Origin: Felis catus
Taxonomy: Eukaryota
Direction of reading: 5' to 3'
Assembly: GCF_018350175.1 (NCBI RefSeq)
Contig: NC_058368.1
Span: 222,706,001 to 222,770,000 of the forward strand
Length of the DNA: 64,000 nt
The notes under the pieces are model-generated. The model was not told where the DNA came from, searched no databases, and saw nothing but the letters and a program-made list of their open reading frames with translations. Every line of letters starts with the position of its first letter. Position 1 is the stretch's first letter. Shown here piece after piece: positions 13,252-25,053 of this stretch. A program made the position numbers and the translations under genes.

Positions 13252-13532
13252 TTTTTTTTTAAATATTTCAACTAATTACTTGTAGTCGTGGAGTTGGATT
13301 CTTGGTTTGGTTTTTTTTTTATTTTTTTTCAACGTTTATTTATTTTTGGGACAGAGAGAGACAGAGCATGAACGGGGGAGGGGCAGAGAGAGAGGGAGAC
13401 ACAGAATCGGAAACAGGCTCCAGGCTCTGAGCCATCAGCCCAGAGCCCGACGCGGGGCTCCAACTCACGGACCGCGAGATCGTGACCTGGCTGAAGTCGG
13501 ACGCTTAACCGACTGCGCCACCCAGGCGCCCC
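13252..13532 (-). mobile_element. Young SINEC_Fc-type SINE with 50-bp 3' transduction
   Basis: Body 13311-13532; TSD tgcaccaactttt at 13239-13251 and 13534-13546 also encloses unique 13261-13310. Confidence 0.95.
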
Positions 13533-14532
13533 ATGCACCAACTTTTAAAAGAGAGAAAGAGCATCGAAGTTAAGTTTGCAAATCCTTCTACACATCTAAA
13601 AGATTAAAAAAAAAAAAAAAAGATTTGTGTGCTTCCTAATAGAAGTTTATTGTGACAGTGATATGAATTTTAGGCCAAAGAATCTTACAAAATATTGTAC
13701 TTGTCTATACATACATTACAGTACTTTTGAGACCTTTATTTGATCAATGTGGACATTTCTGCCTACTTGCAGGGTACATTTACTACAAATAATACAGTTA
13801 TTTGAATATTTCTGCATTTGCTACATTGTTTTGTCATTCTTACAGTTGATTTAATTCATAATTTGGCCATTGGTCAAACTTTGTTCTCCAATTGTCCCCA
13901 TGGGAATATAAATGGGTCTATGAGATCACTTACTGAGATTATTTCTAAAATGGCATTTCCATAGAAACTGTAATTTCCTTGTAATCATGTTTAATTAAGA
14001 AACTGACTGAATACTTTTTATTTTCTTGGAATTTCCTATGTATCCTTTTGTTGTAATTGAAACTTCTCCTGCTACCTTAGACCACCCATGGAATAAAACA
14101 GAAGATATTTATAGCCCTCAGACTCCTCGTATTTAACAAGCACTGTGGAATTTCTAGATTCTTTCAATTTTACTGGCATTTTTGAGCTTTCTTTTTAATG
14201 TCTAAAATATTTTTTTTTGCTATTTGTGACATTCATTTTTTATTAAGTCTATTAAATATTTGAGGAAATCTATGCAAATTATTCTGCATAATTCAAGAAA
14301 TAAAATTAAGAAACTGATAGAGATGTTTAACATCCATGGATTTTTTGGGGGGGAGGAAAGATCCTTTGTGAGTAGAAGAGTAGTTACAGAAACAGACTAA
14401 GCCAAGGCTCCTTAGAGAGACATCTCTGAGTTATGTCACTTTGTAAGTTTTAGAACACCTTTTTTGCAAGTTATAGGAAGATGGAATGAGAGAATACAAA
14501 GATTAATTAAAATAGAACATGAGTTTACTTTT

Positions 14533-14940
14533 TGTTGCTTCATTCTTTTTTTTAAATTTTATTTATTTATTTTTTTTAATTTACATCCAGGTTAGTTAGC
14601 ATATAGTGCAACAGTGATTTCAGGAGTAGATTCCTTAATGCCCCTTACCCATTTAGCCCATCCCCCCCACCCCCTCCAGTAACCCTCTGTTTGTTCTCCA
14701 CATTTAAGAGTCTCTTATGTTTTTGTCCCCATCCCTGTTTTTATGTTATTTTTGCTTCCTTTCACTTATGTTTATCTGTTTTGTATCTTAAAATCCTAAT
14801 ATGAGTGAAGTCAAATGATATTTGTCTTTCTCTGACTAATTTCACTTAGCTATTTACCCTCTAGTTCCATCCACGTAGTTGAGAATTGCAAGATTTCATT
14901 CTTTTTGATTGCCGAGTTATACTCTATTGTATGTATATAT

Positions 14941-14975
<35 letters not shown>

Positions 14976-15470
14976 ACATCTTCTTTATCCATTCATCCAT
15001 CGATGGAGATTTGGGCTCTTTCCATATTTTGGCTATTGTTGATAGTGCTGCTATAAACATTAAGGTGCATGTGTCCCTTTGAAACAGCACACCTGTATCC
15101 CTTGGATAAATACCTAGCAGTGCAATTGCCGGGACATAGGGTAGTTCTATTTTTAATTTTTTGAGTAACTTCCATAGTGTTTTCCAAAGTGGCTGCACCA
15201 GTTTGCATTCCCACCAGCAGTGCAAAAGAGATCTGCTTTCTCTGCATCCTCGCCAACATCTGCTGTTGCCTCAGTAGTTAATGTTAGCCATTCTGACAGG
15301 TGTGAGGTGGTATCTCATTGGGGTTTTGATTTGTATTTCCCTGATGATGAGTGATGTTGAGTATTTTTTCATGTGTCAGTTGGCCATCTATATGGATGTC
15401 TGTAAAGAAATTATCAAACTCAATACCTAAAAAACAAATAATCCAGTGAAGAAATGGGAAAAAGACATGA
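14533..15470 (-). mobile_element. 5'-truncated feline L1 with 5' inversion
   Basis: Minus-strand 3' UTR and ORF2 C-terminus (ORF 14917-15225: [25 protein letters not shown]); 15402-15470 is plus-strand L1; TSD acatgag(c)tttactttt. Confidence 0.93.
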
Positions 15471-15564
15471 GCTTTACTTTTAAATAACTTAGAGCCATAT
15501 GGAATGTGTCACATTAATAAATGGTTGTAACATCAGTGATATATTTTTTAATATCTGAAAGAAA

Positions 15565-16075
15565 AAACACAGGCCAAATTCCATCACAAATACAGACACA
15601 AAAATCCTAAATAAAATGTGAATAAATATTGGTCAACAACAAATTGAAGCTATTTTAAGCATGAAAAATTATATTAAGAAATCTAAATCATCAAAATAAT
15701 TAAAAATAGATTCACAAAAACAATAGATAATGTCTTTAATGTATAAACTATTAATACTGTAAAAAGATGATTGGCATCCAGTAATAAAAATAAACAAACT
15801 TACCAACAAACAAAAAGTCTAAAGTATCCTCTAAAGTCTAAAGCAAAAAGTCTAATGTATCTTCTTTAAATCAAGAATAAGGCATGGACTGTGCCATCAT
15901 CACTTCTATTCAGTCTTATATGGGAAATTCTAGTTGGAGCAGACAAACTGAAAATATTTATGAAAAATAAGTATAAGAATATTAAAAAAATATTATATAT
16001 GCAGATGGTATCATTATATTTAATAACATTTAGCAAGCTTGGGAATTATAAAATGAATAGAGTTCCATTCGCCAT
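15565..16075 (+). mobile_element. Old L1 ORF2 (RT region) fragment
   Basis: aggccaaat..acagacacaaaaatcctaaataaaat; tcaagaataaggcatggactgtgccatcatcacttctattca; tatatgcagatggtatcatta. Confidence 0.65.
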
Positions 16076-16216
16076 TTGTAGGAGTGACACCATTTTTAAA
16101 CTCCATCAAAGGTATGCATTTGCCTTTCTTCCTGTAGTTTAGATAACAGAATATTTTGTCAAACTTTTTTATTTCTCCCCCAGGCACTGTAGTTTAAAAG
16201 AAAAACAAAATCGGCC

Positions 16217-16420
16217 GGGCACCTGGGTGGCTCAGTCAGTTGAGCGTTCAACTTGGGCTCAGGTCATGATCTCACAGTTAGTGAGTTTCAACTCACATCA
16301 GGCTCTGTGCTGGCAGCTCAGAGCCTGGAGCCTGCTTCAGATTCTGTGTCTGCCTCTCTCTCTGACTCTCCCCTGCTCATGTGCTCTCTCAATCAAGAAT
16401 AAATAAACATTAATTTAAAA
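16217..16420 (+). mobile_element. Can-SINE
   Basis: Head, CT tract, AATAAA; TSD aaaat(c/t)ggc. Confidence 0.94.
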
Positions 16421-16472
16421 AAAAATTGGCTTCTCTGGGAGTAATTAATTTATTAACATTCTCTTTATTATG

Positions 16473-16690
16473 TTATTTTTTTAAAAAAATAATGTTTATT
16501 ATTTTTGAGAGAGAGAAAGAGAGCAAGCAGAATAGGGGTGAGAGAGAGGGAGACACAAAATCAGAAGCAGGCTCCAGGCACTGAGCTGTCAGCACAGAGC
16601 CCAATGCAGGGCTCGAATTCACAGACCCGTAGACAATGATCTCAGCTGAAGTCAACAGCTTAAAAGACAGCCACCCAGATGCGCCCCCCC
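16473..16690 (-). mobile_element. Can-SINE
   Basis: TSD ctttattatg at 16463-16472 and 16694-16703. Confidence 0.94.
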
Positions 16691-17474
16691 CACCTTTATT
16701 ATGAAAAATGTTGACTTTCTTGGTTAACTTTCCATAGAGTTTGCATTTATTTTCTGGCTATACATTTGTCCACTTATGGGTTCTTAGTATTTTTTCTACT
16801 TTAGCAGTTCTTTCTATCTAATGCCTGTTGACTCTTGGCTGTCATATAAATACAATATAACATGAAAGTATTTTATCCTTTTTTATTCATTACCATTTAA
16901 TTGTTGTATTTTCCATTTAACCCAACTATACAGTTTAATCTTTTCTTCTGAGTTTTGAGTTATACCTGAAATTCACCTTCTTCAAATTAGAATCCATTTC
17001 ATTTTCAATTTATACTGGTGTATGGTATTAAGGTAGATTCACATTTCTATCTTTTTCCACATGGCTGTCCCACTAATCCCAAGGCAGTCCTATTAGTGCA
17101 GTCCTATTCATTTGAGATATCATTTTTAAATGTCCTACTAAATTTCCGTATGTACTTGTTTATATTTTTAGATATTCTATTTTATTCCACTGGATTATCT
17201 GTTCATTCATCTGTTCGCTGTCTTTTTTAATATCTTCAGTTGCTCCCCATGACCTTTCCATGACTTCTCTTTTACAAATTTCCTGGCTATTTCTGCTTGT
17301 CTAACCTTCTAGAGAAGCATAAATTTATAGTCAAGTTTTATAGCTCTAGGAAATAAGTTTGATAGTGTTTTTATTGAAATTGCATTCAATTTATAAATTA
17401 ATGTAGGGAGAATTACTGCTGTTATGATTTTGGGTTTTCCTATACAAGAACATGGTACGATCTGCAACTGTTCA

Positions 17475-17489
17475 AGAAAGAAAGAAAGG

Positions 17490-17533
<44 letters not shown>

Positions 17534-17559
17534 AAGGAAGGAAGAAAGAAAAAAGAAAA
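17475..17559. repeat. Purine-rich (GAAA)/(GA)/(GGAA) repeat
   Basis: Visible directly. Confidence 0.9.
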
Positions 17560-18513
17560 CATTTGTGCAAAGATTTAAATTAATAAAGTGAAGATTATTG
17601 GAGCCAATTTCCCAAAACTGTGAGTAAGAGATTGCAAACAATTAAAACCACTTAGTGGAAATATGTGACTTTATTTATTTTTTATTTTTTTAGTAGTTAA
17701 CTTTCTATGACTCAGGCAGAAATAGAATAATGCAGTAATTGGGATGATAATTATGAGGATTCATATGCTACATTTTAGTTTATAAACACTGTATTCAGAA
17801 TGACCTTCTTTAATTATCAAAGTAATTTGATTTTACTGAGAAAGAAATTGAGACGTATAGAAAATAACTTATTTCTCTCTAGAATCAGAGTAGTTGTATA
17901 AAATAAGCTTTTTATACCTACAAATATCATGCTCTTGCCACAGGATCTTGCTAATAAGTTAACTTTGAATTTTAAAGTCCTTCTTGCCAGGAGTCTTATT
18001 CTCCAAAACGTGTACCAGAGAGCATTATTTCCTAATATGGTTAAAAAGTGTCCTTCAATTAAAGTCAATTCAAACCATAGTCAAAATATTTGGGACATGC
18101 TGAGTTAGACTGGTTTCATTACTGTAGGACTTCCCAGAGCATATAATATACTGATATAATTTAATAGCAAAAGTTCCCCAGATAAAATAAATACAAGCAT
18201 ATTCAAAAACTGCATAAGGTTTAGATATCAAATTTAGAGAAATACCACACATACCAAACCTACTAGCACGTGTTGAATTTCTGAGCCTTGCATTCTAAAC
18301 TGGTAGCATGCTCTAGGAAAAGTTTTATTATCCTCAGAGGGATGGAGATACATGTAAATGGACCACATAAAAATGAATAAATGCAATTTGCTGAAGAATT
18401 TTATAGAATATTGCAATCCCCTCTGTCCCTCTCCAATCTCACCACTATTTTACGAAACCTAATAATAATCATTATAGTGATTATTTTATTTAATCTTCTT
18501 TTTCCTCGATACA

Positions 18514-18701
18514 TCAGTCAGTTAAGTGTCCAACTTCAACTCAAGTAATGATCTCAAAGACCCTCGCATTGGGCTCTGTGCTGACAGTTCAGAGCCTGGA
18601 GCCTGTTTAGGATTCTGTGTCCCTCTCTCTCTGACCCTCCTCCATTTGCACTCTGTCTCTCTCTCTCTTTCGAAAATAAGTAAACATTAAAAAAAAAAAA
18701 A
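18514..18701 (+). mobile_element. 5'-truncated Can-SINE
   Basis: Starts tcagtcagttaag; CT tract; A tail. Confidence 0.9.
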
Positions 18702-18724
18702 CTTTTAGAAGATACATAAAATGT

Positions 18725-18888
18725 GGGGCACCTGGGTGTCTTAGTTGGTTAAGCGTCGGACTTTGGCTAAGGTCATGATCTTGAGGTTTGTGAGCTGGAG
18801 CCCCATGTTGGGTTCTGCGCTGACAGCTCAGAGCTTGGAGCCTGCTTAGGATTCTGTGTCTCTATCTCTGCCCCTCCCCAGATCGTGT

Positions 18889-18927
<39 letters not shown>

Positions 18928-18997
18928 CAATTAAAAAATTTAAAAAATTTTAACAAACAATTAAAACATAAAATTAAAAAAATTAAAGTAAATAAAA
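18725..18997 (+). mobile_element. Can-SINE
   Basis: Head, long (CT)n; TSD atacat(a/g)aaatgt. Confidence 0.93.
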
Positions 18998-19214
18998 CAA
19001 TACATGAAATGTTTAAGCTAATAATTTAAAATTGTATAGTTGATTAAAATCATCTAAATTAATATGCTCAAAAAATTCCTTTACGGAAAATTAAACTACT
19101 GTAAACATTAAGTACAAGGTGAATAATCCATTTCCTTTTCAAATACTGTTGTATATTCCTCAGCTGGAGTTTGAAAGTGTGATAATAAAAAACATATTCT
19201 TTAAAAATGAACAT

Positions 19215-19244
19215 GGGGGTGCCTGGGTGGCTCGCTCTTTCTAT

Positions 19245-19282
<38 letters not shown>

Positions 19283-19438
19283 GGTAGGGGCAGAGACAAA
19301 GGGAGACAAAGGATCCAAAGCCGGCTCGGTGCTGACAGCAGTGGGCCCTATGGGGGCTTGAAGTCACAAACTGAATCCTGAGACCGTGGCCTGAGTGCAA
19401 GTGGGACGCTTAACCTACTGAGCCACCCAGGTGCCCCC
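19215..19438 (-). mobile_element. Rearranged two-headed Can-SINE
   Basis: Plus-strand head 19215-19233 joined through a short CT stretch to a tail-less minus-strand SINE (~19248-19438). Confidence 0.85.
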
Positions 19439-19948
19439 ATAACATAGGATTTAGCTGAGAATCTAGGACCTCGACAAGCTCTTAAACTTGTGACTCTATT
19501 TTGCTTGAGCCAAAATGAAATAAACCCGTAGCATCATTTTTTCTTCTTTCTCTCTCTTAACTGTTATCTGTCAATTGCCACAGGCTCTTGATTATTTCTA
19601 TAAATCATAGATTGCATTTTAAAGGCCAACAGAGTCAGGCAGGGGACATACGTGCATATGGTGGCCTAAGTGTTAAGTATTAGGCCACAGGGAATAATAG
19701 GGTCTTTCTGATGGAAGAGTATACCGCTACTATGGAGTGAGTATACAATCTAACTAAAGATCCAGGGACTGCTTCCATCGGAAGTAGGGGCTTGGTTTCA
19801 CCAGACAACCCGCTGTTCAAAAGAGAAGCAGGATTTCTTTATTTTCATGGCAAGTTTTGAAATGTTTGTGAAGCAATATGACTCTCCAGGCCAGATGTGA
19901 GTAATGCCACCAGGATTTCACCCCCAACTTAAAGTATCTCTCAAACAT

Positions 19949-20162
19949 GGGGCTCCTGGGTGGCTCACTTGGTTAAGTGTCCATCTTGGGCTCAGGTCAT
20001 GATCTCAAAGTTCATGGTTTTGAGCCCCCCATTGGGCTCCGTGCTGACCGTGCAGAACCTGAGCCCGCTTTGAGTTCTGTCTCCCTCTCTCTCTGCCCCT
20101 CCCCTGCTCATGCTCTGTCTCTCTCTCAAAAATAAATAAACATTTAAAAAAATTAAAAAAAA
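19949..20162 (+). mobile_element. Can-SINE
   Basis: Perfect TSD taaagtatctctcaaac at 19930-19946 and 20163-20179. Confidence 0.96.
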
Positions 20163-21436
20163 TAAAGTATCTCTCAAACGTATATCATCATTACGTCTTT
20201 ATATGTTCTCTTTGTGAAGTATACGTGTGTATGAAAAAAATACTAATTTTAAAACAGTTGTGAATATAACATGTAAGGTGGTGAACACTACCCCAAATGG
20301 ATGAAAATGTGTTAGTAAGCGTGCATGTGGAAATTTAGAATTATGTAATATCTGAAATTATGAAACATTTTTTAATCAGATATGACATGGTGCTATTGGA
20401 AAAATGCTGCCACAAAAAAGAGTGAGACTGACCTTTAATGAAACATACATCATCTCAAACCGCTGCGGAGAAAATGTTAAATTGGACAATATCGTGATCG
20501 CTAACATGCTTGAAGATTCCTCAGAAAAATCTCTCTAGTAATTTTCCAACCTGTTTTAACAGCACTTCCAAAATCAAGTCTAATTATATCCTTTTTTTGT
20601 TTCGAAACTTTATATTACCTCCCCACCAAAAAATTTCTCCTTATAATATTAAAGTCTATCAGCAGGTAACTTGTCTTCTAGACAATCTGATATTTCCCTC
20701 ATAATCTGGATTTACATTTTTTGCTGCTGCCTTGCTTAAAATCCCTTTAGCTGTTCAGCTGTCTACCAGCCAAATCTCCATTTTTTTAACCTATTGATTT
20801 GAAAAACAATATATTTCACATGAAGGGTATTCATAATCCCCTTCACGGATTTCACCCTCCCTCCCACCGACATCCCCTTTGGCACCCACCAGTGTGTTCT
20901 TTGTGTTTGAGTCTGCTTTTTGCTTGTCTCTTTTTGTTTTCTTTTTTCATTTGTTTTATGTCTTAAATCCCACATCTGAGTAAAATCGTATGGTATTTGT
21001 CTTTCTCGGACGTATTTCACTTAGAATTATACCCTCTAGCTCCATCCATGTTGTTTACAAATGGCAAAATTTCAATTATTTTTGTGGATGAGTAATATTC
21101 CGTTGTATTTATATACCACATCTTCTTTGTCCATCGTCTCTTGAAGGACAGTTGGGTTGTTTCCATGTCTTGGCTATTGTAATTAATACTGCAATAAACA
21201 CAGGGGTGTATATATCCTCTCAAATTAGTGTTTTTCTTTTCTTTGGGTAAATACCCATATTGGAATTACTGGATCATCATGCTATTTCTCTTTTTAATTT
21301 TTTGAGGAACCTCCATATTGTTTCCCGTAGTGCCTGCACCAATTTGCCTTCTGACTAACGTTGTTTTAATGTTCCTTTTACTCCCCACATTCTCACCAAA
21401 ACTTGTTCTTTTGTGTCTGTTTGGTTTTAGTCATTC

Positions 21437-21666
21437 ATTTCTTTTTTTTTTCAAAAAACATTTTTTAACCTTTTTTATTTTTGAAGGAGAGAGAGACAGA
21501 GCATGAGTGGGGGAGGGGCAGAGAGAGGGAGACACAGAATCCGAAGCAGGCTCCAGGCTCTGAGCTGTCAGCACAGAGCCCAATGTGGGGCTCAAACTCA
21601 CAAACTATGAGATCATGACCTGGGCTGAAGTCAGACACTTAACCTACTGAGCCACCCAGGTGCCCC
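21437..21666 (-). mobile_element. Can-SINE nested in L1
   Basis: TSD ttttag(t/c)cattc. Confidence 0.94.
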
Positions 21667-21820
21667 TTAGTTTTAGCCATTCTGACAAATGTAAGGCAAT
21701 ATCTCATGTGGTTTTAATTTGTATTTGCCTAACGATTAGTGACGGCGAGCATCTTTTTATGTGTCTGTTGGCTATTTATACATCTTTTTTGGAAACAGTA
21801 TTCAGGTTCTCTGCCCATTT

Positions 21821-22360
21821 TCTTTTTCTTTTTTTTTTTAATTTAAACTGAGTTAGTTAACATATAGTGTAGTATTGGTTTCAGGAGTGCAATTTAGTGA
21901 TTCATCACTTACATATAACACCTAGTGCTCATCCCAAGTGCCCTTTAATGCCCATCACCCATTTAGCCAGTACCCCCATTCACCTCCCCTCCAGGAACCC
22001 TCAGTTTGTTCTCTGTATTTAAGAGTCTCTTATGGGTTGCTGCCCTCTGTTTTTATCTTATTTTATTTTTCCTTCCCTTTCCCTATGTTCATGTTTTTTT
22101 TTCTTGATTTTCACATGAGTGAAATCATATGGTATTTGTCTTTCTCTGACTAACTTATTTCACTGAGCATAATACACTTTAGTTCCATCCATATTGTTGG
22201 AAATTGCAAGATTTAATTCTTTTTTATTGCCAAGTAATATCCCATTATATATATATATACATATATATACATACATATATATACATATACACACACACAC
22301 ACACACACACATACCATTGTATATACATACATATATATATAGACACCACATCTTCTTTAT
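21821..22360 (-). mobile_element. Younger L1 3' fragment nested in L1, with TA/CA microsatellite (~22246-22341)
   Basis: Poly(T), then agttagttaacatatagtgtagtattggtttcaggagt, the same 3' UTR type as at 14590. Confidence 0.88.
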
Positions 22361-23312
22361 TTTTTAATTGAATTCTTTTTTAATTGGATTCTTTGCAGTT
22401 TCAGTCTTGAGATGCATAATTTTTTTATATGTTTTAGATATTAACCATTTTTAAGTTACATCATTTGCAAATATCTTCTTCCATTCATAGGTTGGCTTTT
22501 TATTTGTTGATGGTTTCCTTCACTGTACAAAAGAATTTCATTTTGGTTTAGTCCCAATAGTTTAATTTTGCTTTTGCTTTTCTTGCTGACAGAGAAATAT
22601 GTAGAAAGATGGTCCTATCATCAATATCAAAAAATTACTTCCTATGTTTTCTTGTAGAAGTTTCATGGTTTTCAATCTCACACATAGGTCTTTAAATCAT
22701 TCTGAGCTTATTTTTGTGTATGGTATAAGAAAATGGTCTTGTTTTATTCTTTTGCATGTAGTTTTCCAGTTTTTCCAACTCCATTTGTGGGAAAAGACTG
22801 GCTTTTCCTCATTTTATATTTTTGTTTCACCTGTCATAGATTAGTTGACCATAGGAGCATAAGTTTATCTCTGGGCTTTCTATTCTGTTCCATTGATTTA
22901 TGTGTCTATTTTTGTGCCAGTATTATACTATTTTTATTACTACAATTTTGTACTATATCTTGAAATCTGGGATTGTGTTACCTCCACCTTTGTTCTTTTT
23001 TTATCAAGTTCACTTTGGTTATTGTGGGCCTTTTGTAGCCCCATACCAATTTTATTATTATTTGCTCTACTGTGTAAAATGTTGTTGTTGTTTTATTAGA
23101 GATTACATTAAATTCATAGAATGCTTTATAGTATGGACATTTTAACAATATTGATTCTTCAAATCCATGAGCATGGACTAGCTTTCCATTTGTTTGTCAT
23201 CGAAGTCTCCAAATTTAAATTCAATTTAACTGTTACACCTTTTCTATTAACCCTTCTTCCTTCTCCTCAAATTATTTTGATTTTTGTTTCTACTAAAGCT
23301 TAATTGCACTTT

Positions 23313-23546
23313 ATTTTTTAAAAAATTGTTAGTGCTTATTTATTTTTGAGAGAAAGAGAGAGAGCACAACCAGGGGAGGGGCAGAGAGAGAGGGAGACAC
23401 AAAATCGGAAGGAGGCTTCAGGCTCTGAGCCATCAGCACAGAGCCATCTGCACAGAGCCTGATATGGAGCTCAAACCCACAAAACCATAAGATTATGGCC
23501 TGAACCAAAGTCAGATACTTAACTGACTAAGCCACCCAAATGTCCC
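23313..23546 (-). mobile_element. Can-SINE with small internal duplication
   Basis: TSD cttaattgcacttt at 23299-23312 and 23548-23561; gccatc(a/t)gcacaga duplicated. Confidence 0.94.
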
Positions 23547-23929
23547 ACTTAATTGCACTTTTAGTCTCATAATAATCAATTTCATATTATACTGTGTGTT
23601 AGTGATATAGTTTCTATATCTCTAGATTATAAGCTATGTGAGAAAAAACTTTCTCATTTCAGTCTTTTTCAAAATTCTTATTCTATGTAAGTACTCAAAA
23701 TATCTGTATAATTTTATTTATCACAGAGTCATTTTTAGCTATGTTATTCAATATTATAGTATACACAAACGTGCCCCAATATGACTTTATAAAATGTGAC
23801 ATAAACATTATCTCCATATGATTTTCATATGGCCATTTTTTAACTGATTAAAAAACCACAGACATAAACAAGAAATCAAAAGCTGAAACTTTTTGTGACA
23901 CTCCCAGGAAATAAACGGAACCCAATATT

Positions 23930-24085
23930 TTCTTCTTGCTACCTGAGTACAACAGTAATTTGACCTAGCGTGTCTCATGTGTGTAAAATGAAATAATCAT
24001 GTTATACATCCAATAGTGTTAGTGTAAGGATTCAAAGTTTATTACATATTTGGAGCTCAGTACATGTTAACTCTTATTATTAATC
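23930..24085 (+). mobile_element. MIR relic
   Basis: tctcatgtgtgtaaaatgaaataatcat..gtaaggattca core. Confidence 0.6.
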
Positions 24086-24893
24086 TGAAGGTAAATGAAT
24101 AATGGAACAAACATTGAAATAGACATGAAAGTGTCTTAACCATTTAGTTTTGGACTTGGTTTTCACTTATGTATAACATGAAGGTTTTTAAGTGGCATTG
24201 TGTCATTGGTGAGAAAAATATGAATAAATGATATGAAGATATAGGTTTTACATGTTTAGAATCCTGAAGTTCCTTTTAATTCATGTGGCTTATCTATGAG
24301 ATTATAGATATTATTAAACCGTGCTTCCTCATCATTCAAATTTGAATTAATATGATAGTAGTAGCTGAGAAAGCTGATAAAAAACCTCTCTTTGCAGAAC
24401 TACATTAACTTTAGTTCTCTAATTGGCTTTCATTGTGTGTGTGAGTTCCTTTTTTTTCCCCCTAAGATCAGGCTAGCATTGACCTTTTTCTCATAAAAGG
24501 AGAATTTATTCTCATTAAGTTTAATTGTGTAGTTAATGTTTTCATTGAGGTGCCTATTAAGCTCCTCTCTGACATTTCTAGAATCACTTAAGGTTCTGAA
24601 CTTGTCATGGAAAAATGTCAACCCATCAAAATGCCCAATTCTAGTTTATATATGTACTCGCCCTGACTGAATCTATTTCTTTTTGGTATTTGGTGAAACT
24701 TGTTCCATAGACCTGCTTTAGTCATTTCTCAAGAATTTTCCAAGCATCTCTTTGCTTTAGTGTGTATACCTTGTTTGTCCCACAAAGTCATGACCATGTT
24801 TGTCATTGAAATTCAAACACATCACAACTTTTTGTTTATTAGGTTAGCACTTGAAGGAATACATGTTTACAAAACAGGCTCATCCACGCTTGA

Positions 24894-24904
24894 AAAGAAA
24901 GAAA

Positions 24905-24970
<66 letters not shown>

Positions 24971-25053
24971 AGAGGGAGGGGGGAGGAGGGAGGGAGGGAG
25001 GAAGGAAGGAAGGAAGGAAGGAAGGAAGGAAGGAAGGAAGGAAGGAAGAAAAA
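24894..25053. repeat. Compound (GAAA)n-(GGGA)n-(GGAA)n microsatellite
   Basis: About 160 bp of pure purine. Confidence 0.97.

Larger units (their letters stand above)
16085..17475 (-). mobile_element. Old L1M fragment interrupted by two SINEs
   Basis: gtatggtattaaggtagattcacattt; ttttattgaaattgcattcaatttataaattaatgtagggagaatt; tcctatacaagaacatggta. Confidence 0.7.
20780..23202 (-). mobile_element. 5'-truncated carnivoran L1 hosting a SINE and a younger L1 fragment
   Basis: 3' UTR at ~20800-21000; antisense ORF2 to ..caaatccatgagcatggactagctttccatttgtttgt at ~23200. Confidence 0.9.

Noticed and set aside
14917..15225. 102-aa ORF with real protein similarity
   Set aside because: It is the L1 ORF2 C-terminus in a truncated copy.
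19661..19750. Two small hairpins as an H/ACA snoRNA
   Set aside because: Stems are too short and there is no ANANNA box in the right place.
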